Part shown: positions 20,088 to 29,798 of the stretch, one piece after another
Layout of the letters: every line of letters begins with the position of its first letter
Numbering within the stretch: position 1 is the stretch's first letter
Origin: an uncultured Gammaproteobacteria bacterium
GTDB lineage: Bacteria; Patescibacteriota; Patescibacteriia; Patescibacteriales; UBA12465
Assembly (NCBI GenBank): GCA_964639785.1
Contig: CAZXEE010000001.1
Coordinates: forward strand, 115,832 to 179,831
Length of the DNA: 64,000 nucleotides
Reading direction: 5' to 3'
Notes under the pieces: generated by a model
What the model saw: the letters and a program-made list of their open reading frames with translations, nothing else
Told to the model about the DNA's origin: nothing
Database searches by the model: none
Position numbers and translations under genes: made by a program

Positions 20088-21542
20088 ATGAAAAAGTTGT
20101 CTTTCCGTCTCAAAACCAGGCTTATTTTGTGGTCAATTATCATTTTGGCCATTTTTGCTTTCGTTTGTTTAGCTATCGTTCCTTTCGGCCGGATTACTTA
20201 TGATTACAGCTTGAATGGCCGCAGCTTGTTGGGAGGCAAGGGATTCTTCGGTAACTTTACGCCGACTGACCGAGTGGATATTACTGGAGACAATCTGAAG
20301 GTTATCGGCGATTCGGTTTATTTTTCATTATTTACTCCTCGACGTTTTGAGAAGGCCAAGATGACCATCGTCTATCGCGGTTTTGATTATGAGACTTACC
20401 CGATTATCGAGGCCGGAGTGATGGTTGATCCTATCCTGCGCAATTATCGGACCTACCCGGTGTCTAATTATATCTTGGATCGCCTGTCGACAGAATGGAA
20501 GAAGACAAGCCAGGACGGCTTGATGCTGCTGCAGAAAGAGAAGAAATATGACAGCGTGGATGATTTGTTGGCTAGTCCGCCCCAGAAGGAAGAGTTAGCC
20601 TTCTATAATTATCAGCATCTCTTTCCATATCGGATCGATGGTTACCAGGCTAATCGGAACATCATTAATTTGCCAGATTTGCGCGGTGCCTATCAATTCT
20701 ATACCTATATCGACAACGAGGACTTGAATTTCTCCGCTGACTTCTTGGATTTGAATCAGAATCTAGATAAGAATGGCGATGCTATCCAGATCTATGTTTA
20801 TGACTCCAGCCAGAAGGCAGTAGCGGAATATTCTCTGCCGGATGATGGCAACAAGAATGATGATGGAAAGATGGGTGCTGCTCGGAATATCAAGATCAAC
20901 GTTCCCGGGTTAGCTCGTGACGTCTACAAAGTGGAGGTCAAAGTCAATGATGATATAGTCAGCCAGAATATTCAGACTACCCAGAGCAAGATAGCTTTCG
21001 TGTCCCGAATCTGGCTTTATAATCATGCTTCGCGTAGTATCAGTTTATGGACCGACGGTCCTTGGATAAAGGCTAAAGCAGCTGATCCTTCTGGAGTCGG
21101 TGAGATTGGATTAAATGATGAATTATTGGAAATTCCAGAGACATATCAGCAATATTCCGCTGTTTTTGGTAATTCCCAAGAGCTTAACCAGGTCTCAGTC
21201 TATCGGCCGGAAACGGTCCTGGAAACTAGCGGCGTCTTTGCTTTTTCTTCAGAAGCCTTGTTTAATCCGGAAGTGCAGAAGATCGAACGGAGTTCCGATT
21301 TGAGCCGGATTAAGTATATAGTTGCCGGATATGAAATTCCAGTTAGTTTAGGAATCTGGAAACAGGCTCAAGTCGATATGGATATCAGTGATGTCTATCG
21401 AGAGAAGGGGAATACTAATTTTATGATTTCCGTCCCGGGATTATTGGCGGAAAACCAGGAAACCGGCATGGAAATCAAGTCGATAAAGATCGAATTGACC
21501 GGAAAGAGCTTAATCCAAAAAATCAAAGAATATGTTAAATAG
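20088..21542 (+). CDS. Hypothetical membrane-anchored protein
   Basis: A long ORF. ATG 20088 gives MKKLSFRLKTRLILWSIIILAIFAFV, a signal-anchor sequence. I recognise no family. The track start at 20052 abuts the rpoC terminator. Confidence 0.6.
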   Translation: MKKLSFRLKTRLILWSIIILAIFAFVCLAIVPFGRITYDYSLNGRSLLGGKGFFGNFTPTDRVDITGDNLKVIGDSVYFSLFTPRRFEKAKMTIVYRGFDYETYPIIEAGVMVDPILRNYRTYPVSNYILDRLSTEWKKTSQDGLMLLQKEKKYDSVDDLLASPPQKEELAFYNYQHLFPYRIDGYQANRNIINLPDLRGAYQFYTYIDNEDLNFSADFLDLNQNLDKNGDAIQIYVYDSSQKAVAEYSLPDDGNKNDDGKMGAARNIKINVPGLARDVYKVEVKVNDDIVSQNIQTTQSKIAFVSRIWLYNHASRSISLWTDGPWIKAKAADPSGVGEIGLNDELLEIPETYQQYSAVFGNSQELNQVSVYRPETVLETSGVFAFSSEALFNPEVQKIERSSDLSRIKYIVAGYEIPVSLGIWKQAQVDMDISDVYREKGNTNFMISVPGLLAENQETGMEIKSIKIELTGKSLIQKIKEYVK

Positions 21543-21747
21543 GAGAAAGATAAAATTCATCTTCGGTTCTCATGAGCATCAATTCTGCCAAGAGTTATTC
21601 TATGCTTTGTCTGGCGGCTTGGCGCTGTTTGTGGCTATGGAAATGATTAAACCCCAGATTGTTATTGCTTATTTAAGTCTCAGTTTCTGGTTGCTCCTTT
21701 GGTTCCTTAATGCTATGATTTTATTATTATTTAAGCGGCCTAAATAA
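21532..21747 (+). CDS. Small hypothetical membrane protein
   Basis: 71 aa with two hydrophobic segments. The start overlaps the upstream stop by 11 nt, which suggests coupling. Confidence 0.4.
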   Translation: MLNRRKIKFIFGSHEHQFCQELFYALSGGLALFVAMEMIKPQIVIAYLSLSFWLLLWFLNAMILLLFKRPK

Positions 21748-21753
21748 ATCAAT

Positions 21754-23790
21754 ATGAATAAATTAGAGTCATTTTTGAGTCCTAAATCAGTGGCGATTAT
21801 CGGCGCTTCTTCTAGTCCGGCTAAGCTGGGCTGGCAGATTTTAGCTAACCTCAAGTCAGCTGGTTTTTCCGGAAATATCTATCCGATCAATCCCCACGAA
21901 ACGGAAATTATGGGCCTCAAAACCCACCAGTCTATCAGTGATTTAGCTGGCTTAGTTGACCTAGCTGTTGTAGTAATCCCAGCCGCTTTGGTGTTAGAGG
22001 AGGTCAAGAAGGCAGCCGATGCCGGAGTTAATAATCTGGTAATCATTTCAGCCGGTTTCGGCGAGTCAGGCGAAAAAGGGAAAATAATTGAAGCAGAGAT
22101 CAAGCGCATTGCCCAAGAAAATAATATGAATATCCTGGGGCCTAATTGTTTAGGCTTCATCAACTATCGTTTCCGTTTGAATACTACCTTTGCTAATACT
22201 TTTGGGTCAGAAGAAGGCCAGAAAAACCATAATATCGCCTTTCTATCCCAGTCTGGGGCTATCGGCAGCGCTGTGCTGGATTGGACCAAGAACAAGAATA
22301 TCGGATTTTCTTTGTTTGTCAGCTTGGGTAACAAGGCGGTGTTGGATGAGAATGATTTTTTTGAATATCTTTTAACCGACAAGAACAGCGATTTGGTAGT
22401 GGCCTATCTGGAAGAAATATCTGATGGAAAGAGATTTATGAATCTGGTTTCCCGCTTGTCCAAGGTTAAGCCGGTCGCCATTTTGAAAGCTGGCCGGACA
22501 GCAGCCGGAGGAGCTGCCGCTATGTCGCATACCGGCAGTTTGGCAGGCAGCAGCGAGGCTGTCTTAGCTGCTTTGGCTCGCAGCGGAGCTATTATCTTGA
22601 ATGACATGAATGAGCTATTCAATCTGATGCGCTTGATCAAGAAACCTTTGGAGCTGAGCAATTCGGATCTTTATTTGATCTCCAATGCTGGCGGTCCGCT
22701 GGTTATCAGCACAGATGAGGCTTTTGATAGCAATCTGTCACTGCCTAAGTTATCCGCTGTCCAGAAGAGCCAGATCGCCAAGGTCTTACCGGGGTTCAGT
22801 CGGATAGAAAATCCTTTAGATATATTAGGCGATGCCACGAGCGAGCGATATGAAGCTGTCTTAGCTGCGCTTTTATCTGATCCGAAGATTCAAACCTCGT
22901 TGATACTTCTGACTCCCCAGAGTTCGACCGATACCAAGAATATTGCTGAAGTTATCGGCCGTTTTAGCTTGAAATACCCGGAAAAGTTGATAGTTACCAG
23001 CTTTATCGGCGGTGTGGCTATCGGTGACGGCAAGAAGGTTCTGGCCGAATATCTGGTTCCTAATTTTGATTATCCGGAAGAAGCTATCCGTGTCTTGAAA
23101 TATTATCTGGGCTATCAGAAGAACAAGAAGAGCTTGGCGGTCTTCAAGCCGCAGAAAATGGTTCCAGTCCAAGCTAATGCTAGCGGCCTTTGGGATTATC
23201 TGGAGACCAAAAAACTGTTGGATAAATATGGCATCAAGACTGTGAAGACCGTTAAGGTTGAAAAGACTGTTCCGAAGATGAAATACCCAGTGGTGGCTAA
23301 GGTGGTCGGTCCGAAAGTGGTTCACAAGAGCGAGGCTCGAGCGATATTTTTAAATATTCAAAATGAGAAAGAATTGAAAAAGGTACTGAAGAATCCGTTG
23401 TTGAAGTCTAAAGATAATTATTTAGTAGCCCAGGAGATGGTGATTGGCGGTTTGGAAATAATCTTAGGCTTCAAGCGGGATGATAATTTCGGCTCTTTAA
23501 TGGTTGTCGGTTGGGGCGGTATCTACACCGAAGTCATCAAGGATGTCAGCTTGTTCATAGCGGAAGACAATATCCGCTTGATCAGAGAAAAGGTCAGACA
23601 GCTCAAGGTCTGCCGTTTGATTGAGGGTGCTCGCGGCCAGGAAGCTTTGGATTTGGAAGCTTTGGTGGAAAATATTAGGAAGTTGGTTGTCTTGTCGTTG
23701 GAGCATCCGGAAATCAAGGAACTGGATATCAATCCAGCCTTTGTCTTGCGGCGTGGTTTTGTCGCTGCCGATTGGAGAATAATTTCATAA
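21754..23790 (+). CDS. Acetyl-CoA synthetase (ADP-forming) / NDP-forming acyl-CoA synthetase, fused alpha-beta
   Basis: It has the N-terminal CoA-binding motif SVAIIGAS, a succinyl-CoA-synthetase-like ligase domain with a phosphohistidine loop (MSHTGSLAG) and a C-terminal ATP-grasp domain. Confidence 0.82.
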   Translation: MNKLESFLSPKSVAIIGASSSPAKLGWQILANLKSAGFSGNIYPINPHETEIMGLKTHQSISDLAGLVDLAVVVIPAALVLEEVKKAADAGVNNLVIISAGFGESGEKGKIIEAEIKRIAQENNMNILGPNCLGFINYRFRLNTTFANTFGSEEGQKNHNIAFLSQSGAIGSAVLDWTKNKNIGFSLFVSLGNKAVLDENDFFEYLLTDKNSDLVVAYLEEISDGKRFMNLVSRLSKVKPVAILKAGRTAAGGAAAMSHTGSLAGSSEAVLAALARSGAIILNDMNELFNLMRLIKKPLELSNSDLYLISNAGGPLVISTDEAFDSNLSLPKLSAVQKSQIAKVLPGFSRIENPLDILGDATSERYEAVLAALLSDPKIQTSLILLTPQSSTDTKNIAEVIGRFSLKYPEKLIVTSFIGGVAIGDGKKVLAEYLVPNFDYPEEAIRVLKYYLGYQKNKKSLAVFKPQKMVPVQANASGLWDYLETKKLLDKYGIKTVKTVKVEKTVPKMKYPVVAKVVGPKVVHKSEARAIFLNIQNEKELKKVLKNPLLKSKDNYLVAQEMVIGGLEIILGFKRDDNFGSLMVVGWGGIYTEVIKDVSLFIAEDNIRLIREKVRQLKVCRLIEGARGQEALDLEALVENIRKLVVLSLEHPEIKELDINPAFVLRRGFVAADWRIIS

Positions 23791-23795
23791 GAGTT

Positions 23796-25439
23796 ATGTT
23801 TAAGAATTTGTGGAATCGACAGACGAATAGTATTACGATGGCTGCCGCTTTAGTTGGCGTGTCCTCTTTGCTGTCTCGCTTTTTGGGAGTATTCCGGGAC
23901 AGGATTCTAGCTGGACAATTCGGTGCTGGAGAATATTTGGATATCTATTATAGTGCTTTCAGGATTCCGGATCTGGTTTATAACCTTTTGATCTTGGGCG
24001 CTCTTTCAGCGGGCTTCATCCCGGTATTTACTGGATTGATCAAAGATTTCAAGAGTTATAAGGGAACCGGGTTATTCAAGTCTTTGAATTCTGAGGCTTG
24101 GGATTTGGCCAATAATCTGTTGAATGTCTTGATGCTTTCATTGATAGTTTTGGGCGCTTTGGGGGTCATCTTTGCTCCTGGTTTGGTAACTTTGATCTCT
24201 CCTGGTTTTTCTCCGGAAGCGCAAAAAATCACCGCCAGTCTGACCCGGATAATGTTCTTATCGCCTTTATTTTTGGGAATTTCCGGTATTTTAGGCGGTG
24301 TCTTGCAGTCTTTTAAGAATTTCATGGTCTATTCTTTTGCTCCTATAATGTATAATGTCGGTATTATTATCGGCGCTTTGTGGTTTTCGCCTTTTATCGG
24401 TATTGCTGGCTTGGCTTGGGGTGTAGTCCTGGGCGCTTTCTTGCATATGGCCATCCAAATTCCCGTGGTCCATAATCTTGGTTGGCATTATCGTCTCTTT
24501 ATCGATTTCAAGGATCGCAATCTGATCCGGATTGGTCGGATGATGATTCCTCGAACTTTGAGTCTGGCTATTTCACAGATCAATCTGGTGGTCATTACTA
24601 TTATCGCTTCCAACTTGGCTAGCGGTTCTTTGACGGTTTTTAATTTTGCCAATAACCTCCAATCTTTTCCGGTGGGAATATTCGGAATCTCTTTTGCGGT
24701 GGCCGCTTTTCCAGCCCTCTCGGCTGCGGCTCGGGACAACAAGAAGATTGTTGGCCATTTTTCTTTGGCTACCCGCCAGATATTATTTTTCATTATTCCA
24801 GCTACGGTCATCTTGATTACTTTACGGGCTCAGATCATCAGGATTATCTTGGGCACCGGTTCTTTTGATTGGGAAGATACCGTTTTGACTATGGATGCTT
24901 TGGGGTTTTTCGCTTTGAGCCTTTTTGCTCAGGCCATCATTCCGCTTCAGACCAGAGTCTTTTATGCTCGCCAAGATTCCAGGACGCCGTTTGTGATCGG
25001 CATTATCGTGGTGATTATAAATATATTCTTGTCGCTCTGGCTATCGCAGCGTCTGGGGGTATCTGGCTTGGCCTTGGCTTTTTCCTTGTCTACTATCTTG
25101 AATTTTGTCTTGCTCTGGGCTTGGCTCTATGTCAAGATCGGCGGCATGGATCAGGCCAAGATATTAGTTTCTACCCTCAAGTTTTCAGTTGCCGGAATCG
25201 TCGCCGGGTTTGTTATCCAATTATTGAAAAATTTGATCTGGCCTTTCATTGATATGAATACCTTTTCTGGAGTTTTGACTCAAGGGTTCATAGCTGCTTC
25301 CGGTGGCGCCTTGGTCTATCTGCTGGTTTGTGCCTTGCTTAGAAGCGAAGAATTCTTCGATTTCTCTAATCTGATCAAGCGTAAATTGTCTTGGCGCAAG
25401 GTTAAAGTGGACGATCAGGGCGAAGTTCGTGGTTTGTAG
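23796..25439 (+). CDS. murJ: Lipid II flippase MurJ (MviN)
   Basis: The N-terminus SSLLSRFLGVFRDRILAGQFGAG is typical of MurJ, with about 14 TM segments. I prefer ATG 23796 over the track's TTG 23772. Confidence 0.85.
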   Translation: MFKNLWNRQTNSITMAAALVGVSSLLSRFLGVFRDRILAGQFGAGEYLDIYYSAFRIPDLVYNLLILGALSAGFIPVFTGLIKDFKSYKGTGLFKSLNSEAWDLANNLLNVLMLSLIVLGALGVIFAPGLVTLISPGFSPEAQKITASLTRIMFLSPLFLGISGILGGVLQSFKNFMVYSFAPIMYNVGIIIGALWFSPFIGIAGLAWGVVLGAFLHMAIQIPVVHNLGWHYRLFIDFKDRNLIRIGRMMIPRTLSLAISQINLVVITIIASNLASGSLTVFNFANNLQSFPVGIFGISFAVAAFPALSAAARDNKKIVGHFSLATRQILFFIIPATVILITLRAQIIRIILGTGSFDWEDTVLTMDALGFFALSLFAQAIIPLQTRVFYARQDSRTPFVIGIIVVIINIFLSLWLSQRLGVSGLALAFSLSTILNFVLLWAWLYVKIGGMDQAKILVSTLKFSVAGIVAGFVIQLLKNLIWPFIDMNTFSGVLTQGFIAASGGALVYLLVCALLRSEEFFDFSNLIKRKLSWRKVKVDDQGEVRGL

Positions 25440-25530
25440 GGGATAATTGACCGGAATCCCAAAATACATTAATATAGGAAATATTGAAGGGGCGATATAT
25501 CTTTTATGTCGCTCTGTTTATATCAAAAAA

Positions 25531-27348
25531 ATGAACGAAAATACTAAAAAAATCAGGAATTTTGCTATTTTAGCCCATATTGACCATGGCAAGTCAACTC
25601 TGGCTGACCGGATGCTGGAAATTACCCAGACAGTCGATAAGCGGAAAATGAAGAACCAGATCTTAGATGGCATGGATATCGAGCGGGAAAGAGGCATTAC
25701 TATCAAGCTGCAGCCGGTTACGATGGATTATAAAGGATATCAGTTGAATCTGATAGATACCCCTGGCCACGTAGATTTTTCTTATGAAGTCTCTCGCTCT
25801 TTAGCGGCGGTTGAGGCCGCTGTTTTATTGGTTGATTCAACCCAGGGCATCCAAGCCCAAACTCTGGCTAATCTTTATTTAGCTTTGGAACAAGATTTGG
25901 ATATCATTCCGGTAGTCAACAAGATCGATTTGCCGGCGGCTAATGTTCCGAAAACTAAGAATGAAATTATCAAGTTGATAGGTTGCCGGGAGGATGAGAT
26001 CCTGTGCGCTTCTGGCAAGACCGGGGAAGGCGTGGCGGAAATATTGGATGCGGTAATTGCTCGAGGCAATCCGCCTAAAGGAGGCGAGGAAACCGAATAT
26101 CCTCGGGCCCTGATTTTTGATTCAAAATATGATGAGTATAAAGGCGTCGTAGCTTATGTCAGGATTTTTGACGGTTCTCTCAAGAAAGGCGATAAGATCA
26201 AGCTGATGGCTACTAAAGCTGAGAGTGAGATATTGGATATCGGTATTTTCCGTCCGGATTATTTTTCTACTGGCAAGTTAGAGAGTGGCAGTATCGGTTA
26301 TATCGTTACCGGTTTCAAGACGGTGGGTGAGTGTCGAGTGGGTGATACCGTGACTCGTCCTTATATTGATAGCAATAGCAATAAGCCGGAACCTTTGCCG
26401 GGATATAAGGAGGTCAAACCGATGGTTTTCGCCGGTATCTTCCCGAGTGAGGGCGATAGCTTGGAAGATTTGAGAGAAGCGATGGAGAAGCTGAAATTGA
26501 ACGACAGCGCTTTGGTTTATGAACCGGAAAGGTCTGAAGCCTTGGGTTTTGGTTTCCGTTGCGGTTTCTTGGGTTTGCTCCATTTGGAAATTTTCCAGGA
26601 AAGATTGCGGCGGGAATATAATCTAGATATCATTGTTACCATTCCAAGCGTAGCCTATAAGATTACTAAGAAGAATGGCGAAGAAGAAATTGTCCGGACA
26701 CCGCAAAAATTATCTGATCCGACTGAATTATTATCAATCGAAGAGCCTTGGGTCTTGTTAGATATCGTCGTGCCTAAGGAATATATGGGTAATGTCATCA
26801 AGCTGGCTCAGGATAAGAGGGGAGTCTATAAAAACACCGAATATATGTCTCTGGACACCGATCAACCCCGAGTCATCCTGCATTATGAGATCCCAATGGC
26901 AGCAATCCTGACTGATTTCTATGACAAGATCAAGAGCGTCAGTGCCGGTTATGCCTCCATCAATTATGATTATTTGGACTATCGTCCGGCTGATGTGGTC
27001 AAGATGGATATCATGGTGGCCGATGAGGTTGTTGAATCGTTAGCAACCATCGTCTATCGCGATGAGGCTTTCCGCCAAGGAAAAGAGATTGTTAACATCC
27101 TGAAGGACACTATTCCGCGAGAGATGTTCGTTATCAAGCTCCAGGCGGCTATCGGCGGCAAGGTAATCGCGGCTGAAAGATTATCGGCTATGCGTAAGGA
27201 TGTGACCGCGAAGCTATATGGCGGCGATGTCAGTCGAAAGAGAAAATTATTAGAGAAACAGAAGAAGGGCAAGAAGAAGATGATGAGCATGGGCAAGGGC
27301 AGCGTTGATATCCCGCCGGATACTTTCGTGAAGATATTAAAAAGGTAA
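25531..27348 (+). CDS. lepA: Elongation factor 4 (LepA)
   Basis: It has the G-domain motifs AHIDHGKST, DTPGHVDF and NKID plus the LepA C-terminal domain. ATG 25531 gives a canonical length of about 605 aa. Confidence 0.95.
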   Translation: MNENTKKIRNFAILAHIDHGKSTLADRMLEITQTVDKRKMKNQILDGMDIERERGITIKLQPVTMDYKGYQLNLIDTPGHVDFSYEVSRSLAAVEAAVLLVDSTQGIQAQTLANLYLALEQDLDIIPVVNKIDLPAANVPKTKNEIIKLIGCREDEILCASGKTGEGVAEILDAVIARGNPPKGGEETEYPRALIFDSKYDEYKGVVAYVRIFDGSLKKGDKIKLMATKAESEILDIGIFRPDYFSTGKLESGSIGYIVTGFKTVGECRVGDTVTRPYIDSNSNKPEPLPGYKEVKPMVFAGIFPSEGDSLEDLREAMEKLKLNDSALVYEPERSEALGFGFRCGFLGLLHLEIFQERLRREYNLDIIVTIPSVAYKITKKNGEEEIVRTPQKLSDPTELLSIEEPWVLLDIVVPKEYMGNVIKLAQDKRGVYKNTEYMSLDTDQPRVILHYEIPMAAILTDFYDKIKSVSAGYASINYDYLDYRPADVVKMDIMVADEVVESLATIVYRDEAFRQGKEIVNILKDTIPREMFVIKLQAAIGGKVIAAERLSAMRKDVTAKLYGGDVSRKRKLLEKQKKGKKKMMSMGKGSVDIPPDTFVKILKR

Positions 27349-27358
27349 TTTAAATATT

Positions 27359-27457
27359 ATGAAACGTAAAAAAGTTATCAAGGTAGTTTGGATTATCATC
27401 TCTCTGATGGTTACCATTTCTATGGTGGCTTGGACAGTTGCCGTTCCCTTTATGTAA
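27359..27457 (+). CDS. Possible 32-aa single-TM micro-protein (below the ORF-track cutoff)
   Basis: I translated it by hand as MKRKKVIKVVWIIISLMVTISMVAWTVAVPFM. It sits between lepA and a strong terminator. Confidence 0.3.
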   Translation: MKRKKVIKVVWIIISLMVTISMVAWTVAVPFM

Positions 27458-27480
27458 TTCTGTTAAAAAATGAATATTAA

Positions 27481-27512
27481 TAAAAAATAGCTATTTTTAG
27501 CTATTTTTTATT
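27481..27512 (+). terminator. Rho-independent terminator
   Basis: A perfect hairpin, aaaaatagcta-tttt-tagctattttt, followed by a T-run. Confidence 0.75.
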
Positions 27513-27576
27513 TAGAATTGGGCAGTATTTCAAAATAATGGTAAACTGATAATAATTGATTAATTAAATTTATTAT

Positions 27577-29316
27577 ATGTCTAAAATCTGGCAGCTGATG
27601 GAGAAGATACCGCCAGCAATCGTCGCAGCTAATCCTAAATATTCCAGCCTGCTTTTACAGCTGCTCTATAATCGCGGTCTTAGGAAGGAGGAGGAAATTG
27701 AAGCTTTTTTTATTGCTGAATTGTTTTCTGAGGAATACCTGAAAAGGTTTGATCCTTTCCTATTTAAGGATATGGAGCGGTCAGTTGATCTGATTGTCAG
27801 CCATATTAAGGCCGGGGACAAAATCATGGTCTATGGCGATTATGATGCTGATGGCGTGACAGCTACAGCCGTGCTTTGGGATACTTTTCGTATTTTGGGA
27901 GCCAAGGTTGATTATTATCTGCCCGATCGGGTAACTGAGGGCTATGGAATCAACAAGGAGGCGATTAACAAGATTGCTGCCGATGGTTATAAGTTGGTCA
28001 TTACCGTCGATACTGGAACCAGGAATTGGGAAGAGATAAAATATGCTGAAAGTTTGGGATTGGCTGTTATATTAACCGACCATCATGCTTTGCCGGAAGA
28101 GGCTAATGAGATACCCCGTTGCCCTTTTATCAATTGTGCCAACCAAGATGATGCCTATCCTTTTAAAACTTTGGCTGGAGTCGGAGTGGCCTTCAAGGTT
28201 GTCCAGGCTTTAGTTTCTAAATCGAAGCTCAATGAAGAACAGAAGCAATACTTGATTGAAAGGAGTCTGGACTTAGTCGCCTTGGGGACCGTTTCTGATA
28301 TGGTGCCTCTTTTGAGTGAAAATCGGTTATTGGTCAAAAAGGGCCTGGAAGTCTTGAATCGGACCAAGAGGTTGGGAGTCAAGGAATTGATTAATGTGGC
28401 TAAGATAGGTGGCAACGGATCAAAGCTGGATTCTTGGAATATCGGATTCCAGCTGGGTCCCCGTCTTAATGCTGCTAGCCGTTTAGGCCATGCCAATAAC
28501 GCCTTGGAATTGATCTTGTCTAACGATCAGGATGAGGTTAGCCGTTTGGCTAACGAGCTTAATCAGAAGAATATCGAGCGCCAGGAGATTACCGCTAATA
28601 TCATGGCTCTGGTGGAGAAGGATATCGACCAGCAGAATATTCCGGCCATCATCATTAGTGTCTGTGATTTGGAATATGATACTAAGACAGAGGGGGTTAT
28701 CGGATTAGTGGCCGGTAAGATTTGTGAGAAGTACTATCGTCCCACTTTGATAATTACCAAGTCCCAGGATGGCTATAAGGCTTCCGGCCGGAGCATCGAA
28801 GAATTCAATCTGATCGAAGCGATTGAAGATTCTCGGGAATTCTTGGATAAGTACGGCGGACATCCGATGGCTTGCGGTTTTTCAGTTTTTGAAAGGGAAA
28901 AGTTGGACAAGTTTATCGCCAAGATATCTTCTTTGGCAGTTGAGAGATTAGCTGGGCTGGAATTAGCTCCGAAATTGAAATTGGATGCCATCTTGAGTCC
29001 GTCGGAAATCGATTTCAGCCTGATGGATGAAGTTTCTTCCTTGGCCCCTTATGGCCAGAACAATCCCCAGCCGAAATTCGTTTCTTACGACCTGACAGTT
29101 ATGGACATCGTGACGATGGGTGGCAACGGCGAACATGTCAAATTACGCTTAGCTGACAGTTCTCGCAGCTTGTGGGCTATAGCTTTTTTCAAGAACAAGG
29201 AATTTAGCGATATCACTATCGGCCAGAAAGTCGATGTTGCCTATTATCTGGATTTGAATAATTACAATGGCAAGAGCGAGATCCAGATGAAGATTATTGA
29301 TCTGATTAAAAAATAA
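27577..29316 (+). CDS. recJ: Single-stranded-DNA-specific exonuclease RecJ
   Basis: It has the DHH family motifs (GDYDADGV, DTG, DHH) and a DHHA1 domain (GGHPMACG). Confidence 0.88.
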   Translation: MSKIWQLMEKIPPAIVAANPKYSSLLLQLLYNRGLRKEEEIEAFFIAELFSEEYLKRFDPFLFKDMERSVDLIVSHIKAGDKIMVYGDYDADGVTATAVLWDTFRILGAKVDYYLPDRVTEGYGINKEAINKIAADGYKLVITVDTGTRNWEEIKYAESLGLAVILTDHHALPEEANEIPRCPFINCANQDDAYPFKTLAGVGVAFKVVQALVSKSKLNEEQKQYLIERSLDLVALGTVSDMVPLLSENRLLVKKGLEVLNRTKRLGVKELINVAKIGGNGSKLDSWNIGFQLGPRLNAASRLGHANNALELILSNDQDEVSRLANELNQKNIERQEITANIMALVEKDIDQQNIPAIIISVCDLEYDTKTEGVIGLVAGKICEKYYRPTLIITKSQDGYKASGRSIEEFNLIEAIEDSREFLDKYGGHPMACGFSVFEREKLDKFIAKISSLAVERLAGLELAPKLKLDAILSPSEIDFSLMDEVSSLAPYGQNNPQPKFVSYDLTVMDIVTMGGNGEHVKLRLADSSRSLWAIAFFKNKEFSDITIGQKVDVAYYLDLNNYNGKSEIQMKIIDLIKK

Positions 29317-29325
29317 TTTAACCAT

Positions 29326-29742
29326 ATGAGCGACAAGAAACTGATTATCCATACTGATGGCGGGGCCAGGGGAAATCCCGGACCGGCCGGAATCGGCGTA
29401 GTTATCTACAATGAGCATAAGGAATTATTGCGGGAATATTCTGATTTTTTAGGAGTAGCGACTAATAATCAAGCAGAGTACAAGGCTGTTATCTTGGCTT
29501 TGAGAAGAGCTAAGGATTTAGAAGCGGAAGAAATCAGTTTCTTTTTGGACAGTGAATTAGTGGTTAAGCAATTGAAGGGAGAATATAAAGTGAAAAATCA
29601 GGATTTGGCTTCTCTATATCTTGAGATCCATAATCTCTCAGTTGATTTTAAAAAGATAACTTATACCCATGTCCGAAGGGAGTTTAACAAGGAGGCAGAT
29701 AGACTGGCCAATGAAGCGATGGATAAGGGTGGAGAACTTTAG
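29326..29742 (+). CDS. rnhA: Ribonuclease HI
   Basis: 138 aa with TDGGARGNPGPAGIG, NNQAEY and a C-terminal N(K)EAD motif, giving the RNase H type 1 catalytic DEDD pattern. Confidence 0.8.
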   Translation: MSDKKLIIHTDGGARGNPGPAGIGVVIYNEHKELLREYSDFLGVATNNQAEYKAVILALRRAKDLEAEEISFFLDSELVVKQLKGEYKVKNQDLASLYLEIHNLSVDFKKITYTHVRREFNKEADRLANEAMDKGGEL

Positions 29743-29753
29743 TATTTAATCAA

Positions 29754-29787
29754 TAAAAAAAGACCGGAATTGATCCGGTCTTTTTTG
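29754..29787. terminator. Bidirectional rho-independent terminator
   Basis: The stem agaccgga / tccggtct has a 5-nt loop, with an A-run before and a T-run after. It lies between convergent genes. Confidence 0.8.
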
Positions 29788-29798
29788 TTTGCTTGTTT

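Noticed and set aside
22873-23325. A 150-aa minus-strand ORF lies inside the ADP-forming acetyl-CoA synthetase gene.
   Set aside because: It is an antisense shadow ORF with no motifs.
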